A stretch of 64,000 bases of DNA from Azolla caroliniana (Eukaryota; Plantae; Polypodiophyta): positions 12,214,001-12,278,000 of the forward strand of contig JBHGNT010000011.1 in NCBI GenBank assembly GCA_043228905.1, given 5' to 3'. The stretch's first letter is position 1; every line of letters starts with the position of its first letter. Positions 1-12,981 of this stretch are shown piece by piece. A model generated the notes under the pieces. The model worked only from the letters and a program-made list of their open reading frames with translations, made no database searches and had not been told where the DNA came from. The position numbers and the translations under genes were made by a program.

Positions 1-36
1 GAATCATGTATATAGATATTTGACATGCTTACTAAT

Positions 37-3000
37 CTATCTACACATATGTAAGGAATCATGTATATAGATATTTGACATACTTACATAAGCCGCAGTA
101 TCCATTACATCTTCTAGGATTGCATGTTCAAAGGCATGCCTAGCAAGCTCCATGTTTCCCCATTTTTGGCAAGCTCCCAAAACTGAATGCCAAATTATAG
201 AACTAGGCCTGAATGGCATTTTAGTGACAACTGCTAAAGCCATCTCAATGCAGCCTGCTCGGCCAAGAAGATCTATGATACAAGTGAAATGCTCAGGAAC
301 TGCTATCGAACAAGAATCATTGATTATGAAGGCAAAATACACTTTACCCCACTCAAGTAAACCCTCATGACTACACACATTGAGAATGCTAACAAATGTA
401 ATCATGTTCGGCGATACACCTTCTGCTACCATTCTACGAAATATGTCAAACACATATTTGCTTTGTCCAGTTTGTGAGTAACCTCCAATTAGAGCATTCC
501 ATGATATTAGATCTTGGACTTCAGCTTTATCAAATATTTCTTGTGCGTCTAGAAGTAAACCACATTTGGCATACATATCAAGCAAGGTATTTGTGCCAAT
601 AAGTTCATTATCCAACCCTTTCTTCACAATTGCGACGTGCATTTCCCTACCCTTGACACTGGCTCCAACAATTCCACATGCTCGTAAGCCACACACAAAG
701 GTTACAGTACCTAATATGATGTTTTCTCGTTCCATTAGTTCAAAACAATTGAGAGCTTCCTCACAATATCCATACTCTACATATCCTACAATAAGCATAG
801 TCCATGTAACCACATCTCGGGCCGGAATCTTATCGAACGTTGTTTCTGCTATAGCAAGTAAACCACATTTAATATACATATCGACTACTGTGTTCCCAAC
901 TATAGTTTCTATCTCTAACCCTTTCTTTACAATCTCTATATATACCTCATGGCCTTTCTCTATAGCTCCTATGCTTCCACACGCTTTTAAGCAGCAAGAG
1001 AGCGTGACCATATCAGGAGTCAAATCATCCTCATTGTCATGCATTCTTTCATAGCAGTTAATGGCTTCTTGGCTTTTACTAGCTTCAGCATATCCTGAGA
1101 TCAATGTGTTCCATGATATTATTGTTCGAAACTGAAACTTATCGAAGACATCTCGAGCTTCAAATAACAACCCATGTTTTACATACATATCAACCAATGC
1201 ATTGCCGAGAAGAACCGGTGTTTCCAGCCCTTTTTTCACTATTTCTGAGTGTATATCATACCCTTTCTGTATGGCTGGAATGCTCAAACAAACTTTTAGA
1301 ATACTAGTAAATGTGGCACAACTTGGCGAAACACCGTCTAATTGCATTTGTTCAAAACAATCCAGCGCATGCATCGAATCACCATATTCATAATAACCAG
1401 CAATCATCACAGTCCATGAAACTACATCTTGCTCTTGAATCCTATCAAAAACTTTCAAAGATTCTTCAAGAAAACCAAATTTAGAGTACATTTCAAGCAA
1501 TGCATTGCCAATAAGCACATTGCTTTCCAATCCCCTTTCAATAACCTCTCCATGTATTTTCCTTCCACTTTCGGCACAACAGTGGTTGTAGCAAGCTCTC
1601 AAGATACACACTAGTGTCATTGTACCTGGAGAGATACTCTCACGTTTCATTTGTTCGAAACAACGAAATGTTTCTTCAATTTCTCTTTGATCACTATAGC
1701 CTGATATTAGCGCCATCCACAATGCTTCATCTCGAACATAAAGCTTGTCAAAAACATCTTTCGCATCCAAAAGGTGACCACATTTCACATACATATCAAC
1801 AAGGGTGCTCCCCCCCACAAAGGTTTCTGTTTCCAGTGCACCTATTTGAACGATGTTTACATGCATCTCTCGGCCTTTGTCTATGGCCTTTATGCTGCCA
1901 CAAGCTTTCAAAATGATGCTGGTAGTGATTGCACCTTGTGAGATACCTTCACATTGCATTTGTTCACTGTAACCTAATACTTCTTCAATATGCCCATTCT
2001 CCATAGATCCTGACAACAATGCAGTCCATGACACTTCATCTTGCACAATGAGCTTCTCAAACATATATTGTGCTTCTAAGAACAAGTCACATTTCGCATA
2101 CATATCGACCAAGGTACTGCCAATAAAAGAATCTCTATCTGGAAAACCAGCTTTAGTTATCATGGCATGGATTTCTTGCACTTTGGTTATGGCTCTTATA
2201 CTTCCACAAGCTTTCAAGCCATTCACAATGGTCACATTATCCCATCCAGTGCCTTCTTCAAGCATTTCTTCAAAATTTCTTAATGCTTTTTCATTATGCC
2301 CATGTTCTGCGTATCCACCAATAAGTGCATTCCATGCCACAATTATGCTATCTGAACGGCTATCAAACACCTTATGTGCTTCTTCAAGTGACCCACATTT
2401 AGCATACATATCAATTAGTGTGCTTCCTACATAGATATCTCTATCAAACCCTTTCTTAACAATCTCACCATGCCTATCTCGACCATTGTACAAGTCTCCC
2501 AAGCTGCTGCAAGCTTTCAAGCTGCAAACAAAAGTCACAGAATCTGGATAAATACCTTTGGCTTTCATCCATCCAATACAAGAAAGTACTTCCTCATTAT
2601 AGCCATTCTCAAGATACCCTGTGATAAGTACATTCCATGTAACGATATTCATGTAGGGAACCGTCTCAAAGACATAGAGAGCTGTTGTCAACAAACCACA
2701 TCGTATGTACATATATATCAATGTACTACCAATGTAAGCATCAGTTTCCAAGAACCCTTTCCTCATGACATCACTATGTATTTCTTCACCTTTAGGCATG
2801 TTTCGTATACTTCCACATGCTTTCAGACCACAAACAAGGGTAACTGCATCCGGGGAAATACCCTCATCTTTCATTCGATCAAGAAAACTTAATGCTCTCT
2901 CACCATGACCATGTTCAGCATAACCGGAGATTAGTGCATTCCAAGAGACTATGTCTCGATCTGGAAGATTAGGAAACAATTCTTCAGCTTTTTCTAAATA

Positions 3001-3606
3001 CCCACATTTTGCATACATATCAACCAATGTATTTCCAATGAAAATGTCCTTTTCCAAATAACGGTTGTGAATAACCTCTGCATATATCTCTTCTCCTTTA
3101 ACAATAGATCCAATGCTACTACAAGCTTTCAAGCTACAGACTAATGTGATAGCATCTGGAAAGATACCTTCACCTCTCATTTGGTTGAGACATTGAAACA
3201 CCTTCTCGCTGTAACCATATTCTACATATCCTGAAATAAGTGCATTCCATAAAACGACATTCCGAACAATAAGATGGTTAAACACTTCTTCTGCTTCTAA
3301 CACCAAACCACATTTTGCATACATGTTGATCAATGTACTTCCAATGAACACATTTGATTGGATCAATCCTTTGTTACTAAGATCAAGGTGTATTTTCTGG
3401 CCTTTCTTCACATCTTTATGTATAGTGCAGGATTTAATCAATGTGACTAAACTATAAGCACAGGGAAATATACCACTTTCTTGCATCTTTTCGTATAGAA
3501 AAAAAGCTTGGTTCAAGTCACCATACCTGGCATAATCTGAGATGTTGAGAGAATTGCAAGAAGCTTCTTTCTTCTTCTTCTGCAAGAACTTCTGTGTGCT
3601 TGCCAT
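37..3606 (-). CDS. PLS-class pentatricopeptide repeat protein with C-terminal E-type motifs and no DYW domain (probable organellar RNA editing factor)
   Basis: Intronless 1189-aa ORF with about 11 P-L-S triplets (LVDMYAKCG..A..VF / DVVSWNALISGY..HG / PD.VT....LKAC). It ends with EHFTCIIDLLGRAG...WHSVLGAC...AAYVSMSNIY. The true start is uncertain. Confidence 0.93.
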   Translation of the reverse strand: MASTQKFLQKKKKEASCNSLNISDYARYGDLNQAFFLYEKMQESGIFPCAYSLVTLIKSCTIHKDVKKGQKIHLDLSNKGLIQSNVFIGSTLINMYAKCGLVLEAEEVFNHLIVRNVVLWNALISGYVEYGYSEKVFQCLNQMRGEGIFPDAITLVCSLKACSSIGSIVKGEEIYAEVIHNRYLEKDIFIGNTLVDMYAKCGYLEKAEELFPNLPDRDIVSWNALISGYAEHGHGERALSFLDRMKDEGISPDAVTLVCGLKACGSIRNMPKGEEIHSDVMRKGFLETDAYIGSTLIYMYIRCGLLTTALYVFETVPYMNIVTWNVLITGYLENGYNEEVLSCIGWMKAKGIYPDSVTFVCSLKACSSLGDLYNGRDRHGEIVKKGFDRDIYVGSTLIDMYAKCGSLEEAHKVFDSRSDSIIVAWNALIGGYAEHGHNEKALRNFEEMLEEGTGWDNVTIVNGLKACGSIRAITKVQEIHAMITKAGFPDRDSFIGSTLVDMYAKCDLFLEAQYMFEKLIVQDEVSWTALLSGSMENGHIEEVLGYSEQMQCEGISQGAITTSIILKACGSIKAIDKGREMHVNIVQIGALETETFVGGSTLVDMYVKCGHLLDAKDVFDKLYVRDEALWMALISGYSDQREIEETFRCFEQMKRESISPGTMTLVCILRACYNHCCAESGRKIHGEVIERGLESNVLIGNALLEMYSKFGFLEESLKVFDRIQEQDVVSWTVMIAGYYEYGDSMHALDCFEQMQLDGVSPSCATFTSILKVCLSIPAIQKGYDIHSEIVKKGLETPVLLGNALVDMYVKHGLLFEARDVFDKFQFRTIISWNTLISGYAEASKSQEAINCYERMHDNEDDLTPDMVTLSCCLKACGSIGAIEKGHEVYIEIVKKGLEIETIVGNTVVDMYIKCGLLAIAETTFDKIPARDVVTWTMLIVGYVEYGYCEEALNCFELMERENIILGTVTFVCGLRACGIVGASVKGREMHVAIVKKGLDNELIGTNTLLDMYAKCGLLLDAQEIFDKAEVQDLISWNALIGGYSQTGQSKYVFDIFRRMVAEGVSPNMITFVSILNVCSHEGLLEWGKVYFAFIINDSCSIAVPEHFTCIIDLLGRAGCIEMALAVVTKMPFRPSSIIWHSVLGACQKWGNMELARHAFEHAILEDVMDTAAYVSMSNIYIHDSLHMCR

Positions 3607-4818
3607 GATTCTTAAGCTTATCAGAAGATCAAGAACTAGAGGAATGAGTGTGAATTGAGAACCATTTTCTCTGGAATGTGGAAGAATGCATCATGGAACT
3701 TGAAGAAAGGGGGGTGGAAGACTCTGTTCCCATCTGCGTCAGTGTAGAATCCGGTTACTTCTAATCCAATGAAGATTTATGTGGAATTCAATCAACCTCT
3801 CCATCAAATTCCTTCATACTCTGCTTTGCTGGTTTTCTTCACTGCTGTTGCAAATCAAATACATATGGGTGCACACATACATACACATACGTATACATGT
3901 ATGTATGTACTCGAATGCATGGCACATGCATACATATATGTATACATACCGTATACATACACATACCATGTATCAAATATGTACATACATACGGTATGTA
4001 TACCTTGCAAGTGTGTACATAATTGCAACCGTATGTATTAATTATCTCTTTCTTTATACCTTGCTCTTAAGGTATCCATTAGCTACCAACACGAGGTTGT
4101 GGGCTCGGATACTAACTTTCACACGCATCTTTCTTATATCATAAATCACTTTTTTAATCCCAAACTACATGCCATATTGGTGTCACATTAAATCGATCAA
4201 AAGGCAACGCAATTGTGTTTAGGGTCTTGCTTTTAAAGAGATTGCCTTATGTAAAAAAAAATATATGGCAAAATGCTCGAGGTTGTAGGGTAGAAAACCA
4301 GATATCCAAGAGAATTGTTGGTATTAACGTGCAAGGAACCAAAAAATTTACATGGTGATCATTGCTACGAAGCGAGACATTTGAGGCCTACCAATTGGTT
4401 GGGATGCCCATAGGTAGAGCCATCACCAAGCCTATTTATATTGCACACTAATACGAGGGCTCATATGTAATGGGGTTTCGAGGGAATTAGTGAACAATCT
4501 AGTCTAAAGGTCGAGTACATGAGGCAAGCTTTTGCCTATTGGACGAATGAGAGTTTCGTAGGCTTTTTACCCACACACGTTCTATAACCTCGTAGAGAAC
4601 CATTGCAAAATTCCTTGTTTGTAATTGTCACAACCACCACGTAACAAAAGCAAATGCGCCATATAACAACATCCGGTACAAAACTCCTGAGAAAAAGATG
4701 TTCCTTGGAAGGCAATTAATGCACATGTCGCGCATCTTTTTTCTGGAGAATGTATCCGACGATCAATACCATGGTTCAAGGCAAAGGCCTCATTATCATC
4801 CACTTATGTATACATACA

Positions 4819-4849
<31 letters not shown>

Positions 4850-4972
4850 TGATGGGCACAAAGAAGGCCATTGGGCCAAAAGTTTCTAGACCTTCCTAAA
4901 AGTCAACCAATGCTTTAGAATTTGGTCAAAGGGTCAAGGGTCAACATTCCACACCCACAACCCCCACACAAC

Positions 4973-5013
<41 letters not shown>

Positions 5014-5117
5014 CCTGTCATTCCTTCTCCCTCAATTTGTCTTCTCTCTCTCTCTCTGTGCCTGTCTCTCTGTGTGTGAATCTGTGAATAAGGGCACGGT
5101 TCCTCTTGACCTTTACC

Positions 5118-8100
5118 ATGAGTTCTGTTGGAATCCATCCACCGAAGAAATCCAAGCGCCCAAAAGGTTTGCATATATTTCTTCTTCTCGCTCAGTTTTT
5201 ATATTTTTTCTATTTTGTTTTATTTTGTATCTATGATTCTGCTTATATGGCCAAAAACATTTCTGATGCCTTCAAATCTAGGAGAGGAAGACTTGCCTTA
5301 GGACAATGTTTAGAGAACTCATCTGATTCAAATGAGTTGGAGAAATTTTATGACGTGAATAACAAAGCAGATGAGTTCCAAACGAATGTTCTTTTCTCCT
5401 TTCATGTGTAAAACACCGGAATTTTTTGGGCATACTTGGATGAGGTTCAGAACTTAGTTTCTGTGAATAAAAAGAGACTTTTTTTTTGTCATAATCTGAT
5501 GAGATTCAGAAAACACACTATATGTGATCTATACAAAAGGGAGACTTTTGTTGTTAAGTTTCAGTAAAAAGTTATAATGCGAAAAAGAAGAGGTTTTCTA
5601 ATCTGATTGTGGAATGCTGGGTGTTTTTCATATGTGTCATTGATCCATGATTTGTAACACTAAAAAGGGTTCCTACTCTTTCTATAAAAGTGCTGAATTG
5701 TGTACAGAATCACGCATCCTACAACAGGATTTGCCGGCTTGCAAACCATTGTTGACACCGAAATGGGTAAAACTCACACTTCAAATCCATTTTAAATTTT
5801 GTTTCTCTGATAAATAAATCAAGAAATATCAAAATGTAGAAGTTATCAATCAACATAAACAATGACTGTTCGCGTTATTGAATGCAAGGTTATTGCAATC
5901 TCCATGCTGCTTGGAGTGATCTTTATTCCAATCGGAGTGATATCGCTAATGGCATCTAGAACAGTATGCTTTTGGAATTCTTGTTTGATGTTTCTGGCTT
6001 AATAGGAATTATCAAAGTTGGAAGAATAAGCGTTACATTGATTTGTTTGTATATGTATTAGGTGGTTGAAATAGTCCATCGATATGATGACACATGTCTA
6101 CCAGTCAATCTTACTTCAAAATCAGAAAAGGTTCAGTTTATACAAAATGCCACAGAAAATTTGTGCCCAGCTACAATAACGGTATGTAGAGAGAGAGAGA
6201 GAGAGAGAGAGACACACACACACACACACACATATATATAGAGAGAGAGAGATTAATGTCTTCTAGAGGCTAAAATTAGCCTATTAGACCAATCGTGATT
6301 ACAAACATGGGTGAATATTTGTCATCCATACTGAAATAAAAAGGAAAGCTCTAGATCTCCTAAACCTCCATGATCATGATCTCAATGCGCAGTGTATGAT
6401 GATTCTGGGGATGGTTTACAAAGGATGAAGCACATAACTAATATGTATGAGAGTATTGGTGACTGGACGTCATATCCGAGATTGGTTGATGTGGGGAAAC
6501 GAGGCTATGCTGAAGTTTAATAAGAGCACAATCTGTTTTCTCATGCGGGCCGGACATGACGAGCAATGATCTCCATGATCTGATGACAGTGTGGTTTATG
6601 TACCTTATATCTTGGTACTCATGGTCTACGCAATCATCGGCATTCCTCTGCACACTCTACGGCAACTAAAAACATTTTCAGTGGAGACGTGTGCCCATGG
6701 AAGAAGGCCCACATCTCCACTGTGCTTATATAATGATTGATTCCCTATGCATTTGAACCTCAAGCAAAATTTTGGCCAAATGTCAGTGGCCAAGCTTCTT
6801 TATCATTTATGAAATGGCAGTGAAGTTTGCATGGAAGGTGGCATACTTCTCTCTGATGTGCTTGTAAAGTTAGTGATGCAGAATTTCCTTTGCATCCTGT
6901 GTGCTAATATAAGCGTTGATTCTCTTTGCATTTGAAACTCGAGCAAGGTTTGGCCAAAGTGTCATGAGTCAGACTTCTATATCATTTGTCGAATGGTGAT
7001 GAAATCTGCATTGAGGTGGCATACTTTTCTCTCAGTTGCGTGTAAGCTTGCACCTACACAAAATGTCCCTTCTTTATCTCCCTTTCACATAATTAGCAAG
7101 ATATGTTGGCTTTAGGTATGCAAAGTACTTTTCCCACTTGGATCTCTAGCTGGTGGGGTATAATTCTGACTTGGAGCACTCTGGGTCATGTAATCGTCCA
7201 TGTATCCTGTTCTCTGTATGAATCCATTGTGTTGAAAAGCTTATGAAATTATCTTTGTAGTAGGCCATTGTTGTTGGACCACTTCACATTATGAGGATCA
7301 CGATCGTCTGTGTTTTGTTGTCACCATTTCCTTTGATACTTACAATGGTGATATTTTTTCCCATTCTCCAGGATTTGGTCAATGGGTTGCTTCCTCCTTG
7401 CTATACCTGAGATTGGTACAAAATGCCCTTCAATCTTGCGCAGGGTTGGCATTTAGAGCCTTGGGGATACCCATGAATTGGAGAGAGAGAGAGAGACCCA
7501 AAATCAGAGATGGAAATCGTTTTCCTATTTCTGAGGTATTGGGGATTGCATAATAATTAGGATATGCGCAATGCTTTGTATTTGATGGTAGGCATGGAGT
7601 CAAAGCATATCTACAAAAGTTGAAGGGAGTATTAATGTGGCAATTCTCTTTCTTGGGGGTAGTTGAAATTCTTTCCTAAGTGGAGTGTTCGTCTTGCCTA
7701 TTGGCAATTCAACATGTTCCACTACCCATGTATTTAAGGTTAAAAGTTTTATCTCATGTTGAATTGCCAATTAAGAGTTACATATCTCATGTAGATGATG
7801 AATAATCACACGAATTTTGTGGTATGTGCCTTGTAAATACAGATCCATCTTAAGAGTTTTATCTCATGTAGACGATGAATAATCACATGAATTCTCTCCA
7901 AAATTCTGTAAGACCCAGAAATAGATTGATCCATTCACTTTCTTGGAGGGAAACTATGGCGTTATGGGGAAATGAATATGAGCAATATAATGTATATGGG
8001 TTTTTTGTGGGATTGGGAGAATTTTCTGATATGGGGGAGCTCTCTTACTATGAAGACTGCAATCACTCGGGTTGAATTTTGTGAAATAAGGGAGAGAATA

Positions 8101-10023
8101 GGATTCCTCTAAAATGACAAGGTTTCTTCGTTAAAAATGTGTGTCAAAAATTGAAAATTTGAACACCACCATTTGAATCTTGCAGGTACCAAAGCATATG
8201 AAGCGACCCATATATGTGTACTATGAGCTCGAAAATTTCTATCAAAATCATAGAAGGTAAGATTTTCACTCCTTCAACAGTGTTTGCTCAATTAACCACA
8301 CGCCTCATGAAATGATCTTTTTATTCTATCTGTAAAAAGAAAATACATTGTTATGATGACAATTTCAGAGTGATGTGAGATGTGAATGCATCCTCTATCT
8401 TCCTTTCCTAAGCTTCCCAGGGAACACAATAGATTAGATGATCATAATGTAGATATGTGTTCTGTGTATGTGAAATCTTGATTAAGTGTTAGTATTAAGG
8501 TTAGATAGTAGATGGCTTTATTTGTCTAGCTACAATATTTGTAGGCGTAACCCACCATATCGATCACATTAACAATATATAAAGCACATGTGTTGCTGGG
8601 TTCTTAATTTTCTAATCCCTAATCAACCACCATTTATGTCTGATTGTCTTTGGGGTTCAACTTTCATTCTTGATTAATGGAAACATTCTTGATGAATACT
8701 TTTGCAATCATTTATCTTTCCGTAAATCCAAGAATTTCACTTCGTCAACATAAACATAATTTCCAATGCTTTTGCAGTAATCTGTCTTTTATAAATCCAA
8801 AAGTCTCACCTCTGACAATGAAATACAAATGTGTCCAACTGTCTCTATTAATCATGACTCCAATAATAAAGGCTAAACAATATAGAAATACAATCCTATC
8901 ATGTTATTCATTGCAAATGTATTATAATAGCAAGGTGGTATGTGCAGGTATGTGAAAAGTAGGAGTGACAGTCAATTGTTGAATGGAGACTCGACTACAG
9001 GCACATCAAACTGCAAGCCAGAGCAATACCTGCTAAACAATGCTAGCCTCCCTATCATCCCATGTGGTCTCATTGCCTGGAGTTTGTTCAATGACACATA
9101 TGCTTTTACAACAAATAGCACAACTGAGATTTTTGTAAACAAGACGGGAATCGCATGGAAAAGTGACCGAACAAATAGATTCGGTTCAGATGTGTACCCG
9201 AAAAACTTCCCTAACAATCGAAATCTAAGTGGTGTTTTGATTGGTGGTGCAGATCTTAATCCAAACAAATCTGTAAGTAATTGAAGGAATCAAATCAGAT
9301 TTGCTCAAGCACAATACATTAAATGGTCCCTTTTTTTGTGCCTTATTTTGCACAGTTGAGTGAGGCTGAGGACCTTATAGTGTGGATGAGGCCTGCAGCT
9401 TTATCACATTTCCGCAAACTATATGGAAGGATCGAGCAAAATTTGGACGCCAACACTGTCTTGAATGTCACAATCAATAATGTTTATAATACTTACAGCT
9501 TTGATGGGAAGAAAAGACTAGTTCTTTCTACCACCAGTTGGCTAGGTGGCAAGAATGATTTTCTCGGAATTCTATACATTACAGTGGGAGCTGTCAGCAT
9601 CTTTTATGCATTTGTATTCTTTGTGGGTCATTTATCACATCCAAGGTGAGTATTTTATCCATGCATATGCATATATATGCTTATATCAATATGATAGAAC
9701 CTAGTTTGCACACTTTGTTGTTCTAAGTTAAAAAACACAAAAACATTGTTTCGTTACTAATCACAGAGAGTATGCAATCTCTATACAACCCTCCGTTACG
9801 TTGGTAACAGAATGCAAAGGAAAATGAATTGAGAGAAATGGTGTTGTGTCTTTTCTGAATTCAGAATAAACACTTTTGTGCACAAGCACACAGACTTATA
9901 GATCCGCAAAATTTAATGTGTATATTCAAACTTGTGTACAAGAGGATGACATTCTTTTTTTTCCTTGTTACTGACAGGGATCTTGGTGATACACAATATT
10001 TATCTTGGAATAGAAGAGGTTAA
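5118..10023 (+). CDS. ALIS: ALA-interacting subunit (CDC50/LEM3 family, P4-ATPase beta subunit), 8 exons
   Basis: Exons 5118-5166, 5708-5766, 5889-5963, 6062-6181, 8186-8256, 8948-9272, 9356-9645 and 9978-10023, all GT-AG and in phase. Motifs: KRPK, [78 protein letters not shown]. Confidence 0.93.
6188..6251. repeat. Compound (AG)n(AC)n(AT)n microsatellite in ALIS intron 4
   Basis: Read directly from the sequence. Confidence 0.85.
6721..7033. repeat. Old diverged tandem duplication (about 178-bp period) in ALIS intron 4
   Basis: tgtgct...tgcatttgaa..tc.agcaa....ttggccaaa...ggtggcatactt occurs at about 6721 and about 6899. Confidence 0.6.
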
Positions 10024-11059
10024 AGTGATGATAAGTCAAATCATAATCTTTTATGATTTGCGAGACATTGGAGAATTATCAACATTGGGCGATTTAACTT
10101 CCATGAATCACCCTCATTTTGTATGTACAGAATCGAGGTTGTGAGAGGGTGGCATCAAAGTTGATTGATTGATTGATCATTCCCTCTATGATCTCCTTTC
10201 TTACAATTTTATTTTGTCTTCCACGAATCACCCTTGTTATATAGCACACCTTCTCTTGATCCAACGTGACCATTTGGACTCTTCCCGAGAATCATGCTCT
10301 ACTATTCAAAGTTACACTCGCTATTAAAACACGTAATGTAATAAATTAAAATATGTGACAATTTACCTATTGATTGTCAATCATGAGCATATAATAATGT
10401 AAGTTTAGAATGTTGAATATGTATTTACTTATATTTCAAGCTTGCTATGCTACTTTTGCTAAAACCTGAAAAAGATATTAATGAAAAAATTAAAAATTAA
10501 GGATTTCCGCAAGCCAAATGTCATTCATCTATTTTGGTTGAAATTTTAAAAGGTAACAAAAAAAATTGGGTTGAAATTCTTTTAACTAATTTTGGTTGAA
10601 AGTGGAATGTTTTCTTTAATTTTTTTTCTATGATTTGAAAACATAGGTTTTATCCCTCAAAAGTTCCCCTCTAACTTCATAACATTAATTTTGCTCTAAT
10701 CTAACACTCACTTTCCTCTACGTATTGATTTTATCACGACCAAGTTTAAGTAGTGAGCTTCAGATGTTTTGGTCTACACATTAGGTCAAGGCATATCTAG
10801 ATTCACATGAATGCCTGTTTTGTCCAAAACTTCCCTTTTGGTGCTCAATAAGATATATCTGAATATATCTATTTGGATAATAGCACTAAATGTTGATATC
10901 TAGTTAACGGCTTGGGAGTACTTGACAACCGTTCTCACCCGGCTCACCATCAATACGGTATACAACAAGCTAGACTCCCCATCAAATGATATCTGCACGG
11001 AGGCATCATTGTGCCTTTACAAAGACGTGTTTCTTTGCAAACACCTTGAGTCAACACAT

Positions 11060-11610
11060 TGGAAAGTATATCAAAGGATTTTATGGTTAGTCTCCCTTAA
11101 ACCCAAATAGCTAAGGATGTTATATGGGTTGTCGTGGATCGACTAACATAATTGGTCAAGTTTATCCCCACAAAAACCAAGGTAACAATTAAAGAATTGG
11201 CTTACCATTTTGTAGGAGAGTTATTTCTCTTTTATGGCTTACAAATGGATAGTGTAAATGATAGAAATTTTAAATTTACTAGAACATATTGGACACATGT
11301 CTTTTGGAAGTGAGGAACTAAACTAAGTTTGAGTTCTTTAGATTATCCTCAATCTAATAAACAGACTAAACAAGTTAATCAAATTGTGGAGGATATCCTT
11401 TGTGGTTATTTTACAAGAAAACCCTCTCATCTATAAAATTTTATATCCTTTACCCGACAATGGTCGTCCTCTCCTTTTCTTGAGTCAATGGGCATCCACA
11501 TAAAATGGAACTATCGTGTCCCCTGCAGGGATTTGTATATAAAAACTCACTTTCCTACCTTTTCATTGCAAGGGGAGAGAATCAATCTTTAAGGGGGAAT
11601 AATGTTTCCC
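11060..11610 (+). mobile_element. Degenerate Ty3/gypsy integrase remnant
   Basis: Broken frames give VVVDRLT*LVKFIPT...FYGL..VNDRNFKFT..YW...GTKLSLSS.DYPQSNKQTKQVNQIVED. A PPT-like tract AAGGGGGAATAATG lies near 11591. Confidence 0.65.
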
Positions 11611-11708
11611 GCACAACCTTGATGTATTATCTAAAGGTAAATTTCTAATAATTTTAAGAGTATATTAGGAATTGAGCAACTCAAATAAAGGTCACCACAC
11701 ATGGCAAG

Positions 11709-11933
11709 TAGCAGTAGACAATATTTAGTTTGGGCCAAACCAAATCACAAAAACCACATTTTAATGGTTTAAACAGTTCGGTTTGGTTTAGGTTTTGAAA
11801 TTTGAAAGAAATTTAATTTGGGTTTGATTTGTTTGGGGGTTCAAGGGTTTACTTTAAGCTTAATAGCTTGCAATTTAAATAACATGAAACCATTGCTTAA
11901 ACGGTGTAACAGTATAGGATTAGGACATTGTTA
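11709..11933. mobile_element. Degenerate MITE related to the hAT-type element at 62426-62759
   Basis: Shares ttttaatggttt...agttcggtttggtttagg. Its ends (tagcagtagacaa, cattgtta) resemble the TIRs of the 62.4-kb element. Confidence 0.4.
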
Positions 11934-12981
11934 AAATTTTATTAAATATGAATTCACTTTATAAACGGTAAGAGCTATAACATATTCACATTGTAGTCAT
12001 AACATTTGTATCAGGGGTTTTCTATGGGTTGGGAATAGGAAAGACAACATAGCATCTAAAGTATCATGGTCTACGTTGATTCTTCCCAAAAGTAAGGGGG
12101 GTTTAGGATTGATCAACACTAGAGTACAAAGTCAATCATTGCTATGTAAGGTATTGGTAAGGAGCTTGCTGCCCGGAAATGAGTTATGGAAAACATTGAT
12201 TTTTAATAGGAGCATCCTTTGGAGTCCACGACTTGGTGGGCACTGGAAGCCACATAAATCATGGCTATTTTGTATGGACTTAAAGCTTAGGAGGTCTAAT
12301 CGGTTGGCTGATCACACATGTATGTCAATGATGAAGGCATGGGATATGCTCCGTGGGCATCTTAGTCGTACAGGTCCAAGTACTAATGTTGAATGGATGC
12401 ACCAACCCCTATTGGGGAACGAGACCTTAAAGTCGAACGAGGGGAAGATGCTTGGCCAGAGCAAGGGTATGTCGTGGGCTATATTGCATGGTGTTGAGAT
12501 TCAGTCAATGGCAAATTGGATGCAGTTGTCCCCTAGTAATCAGGATAAATTATATGAAGATGCGAGAAAGTTCAAAAATGGTAGGAAGATGCTTGACCTA
12601 GTCGATAAAGTTGTTTACTCTGTTCCTATTAGTAATGGGGAAGAGGGTGAATGGTTCGGACAATGTGGTGATGCCGGAAAAGTTATCAATGCCAAGGGTA
12701 TAGGAAAGAATGGGAAGATCATCCAGTTGGGATCTATAGTTGCAAGTGCTCGTTGGTCCCCGATTAGAATTGTTGCACGAGACGGTAAGAAATGGAAGGT
12801 GAATCCATCAATCGATGAGGTTGAGGAGGATTGGATCTTGTATGTAATTGAAGGCAAGTCACTCGAGTGTTTAGAATGGGATCTTGCAGAATATATGTGG
12901 AGGGACGAACAAGGTAAATCACGTGGTTTCTTTGACTACTCAACTCGCTTGGGGAGACATTTATGCTTACATCGTGAGAAG

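Noticed and set aside
152-2892. Plus-strand ORFs opposite the PPR gene
   Set aside because: Antisense shadows of the repetitive PPR coding sequence.
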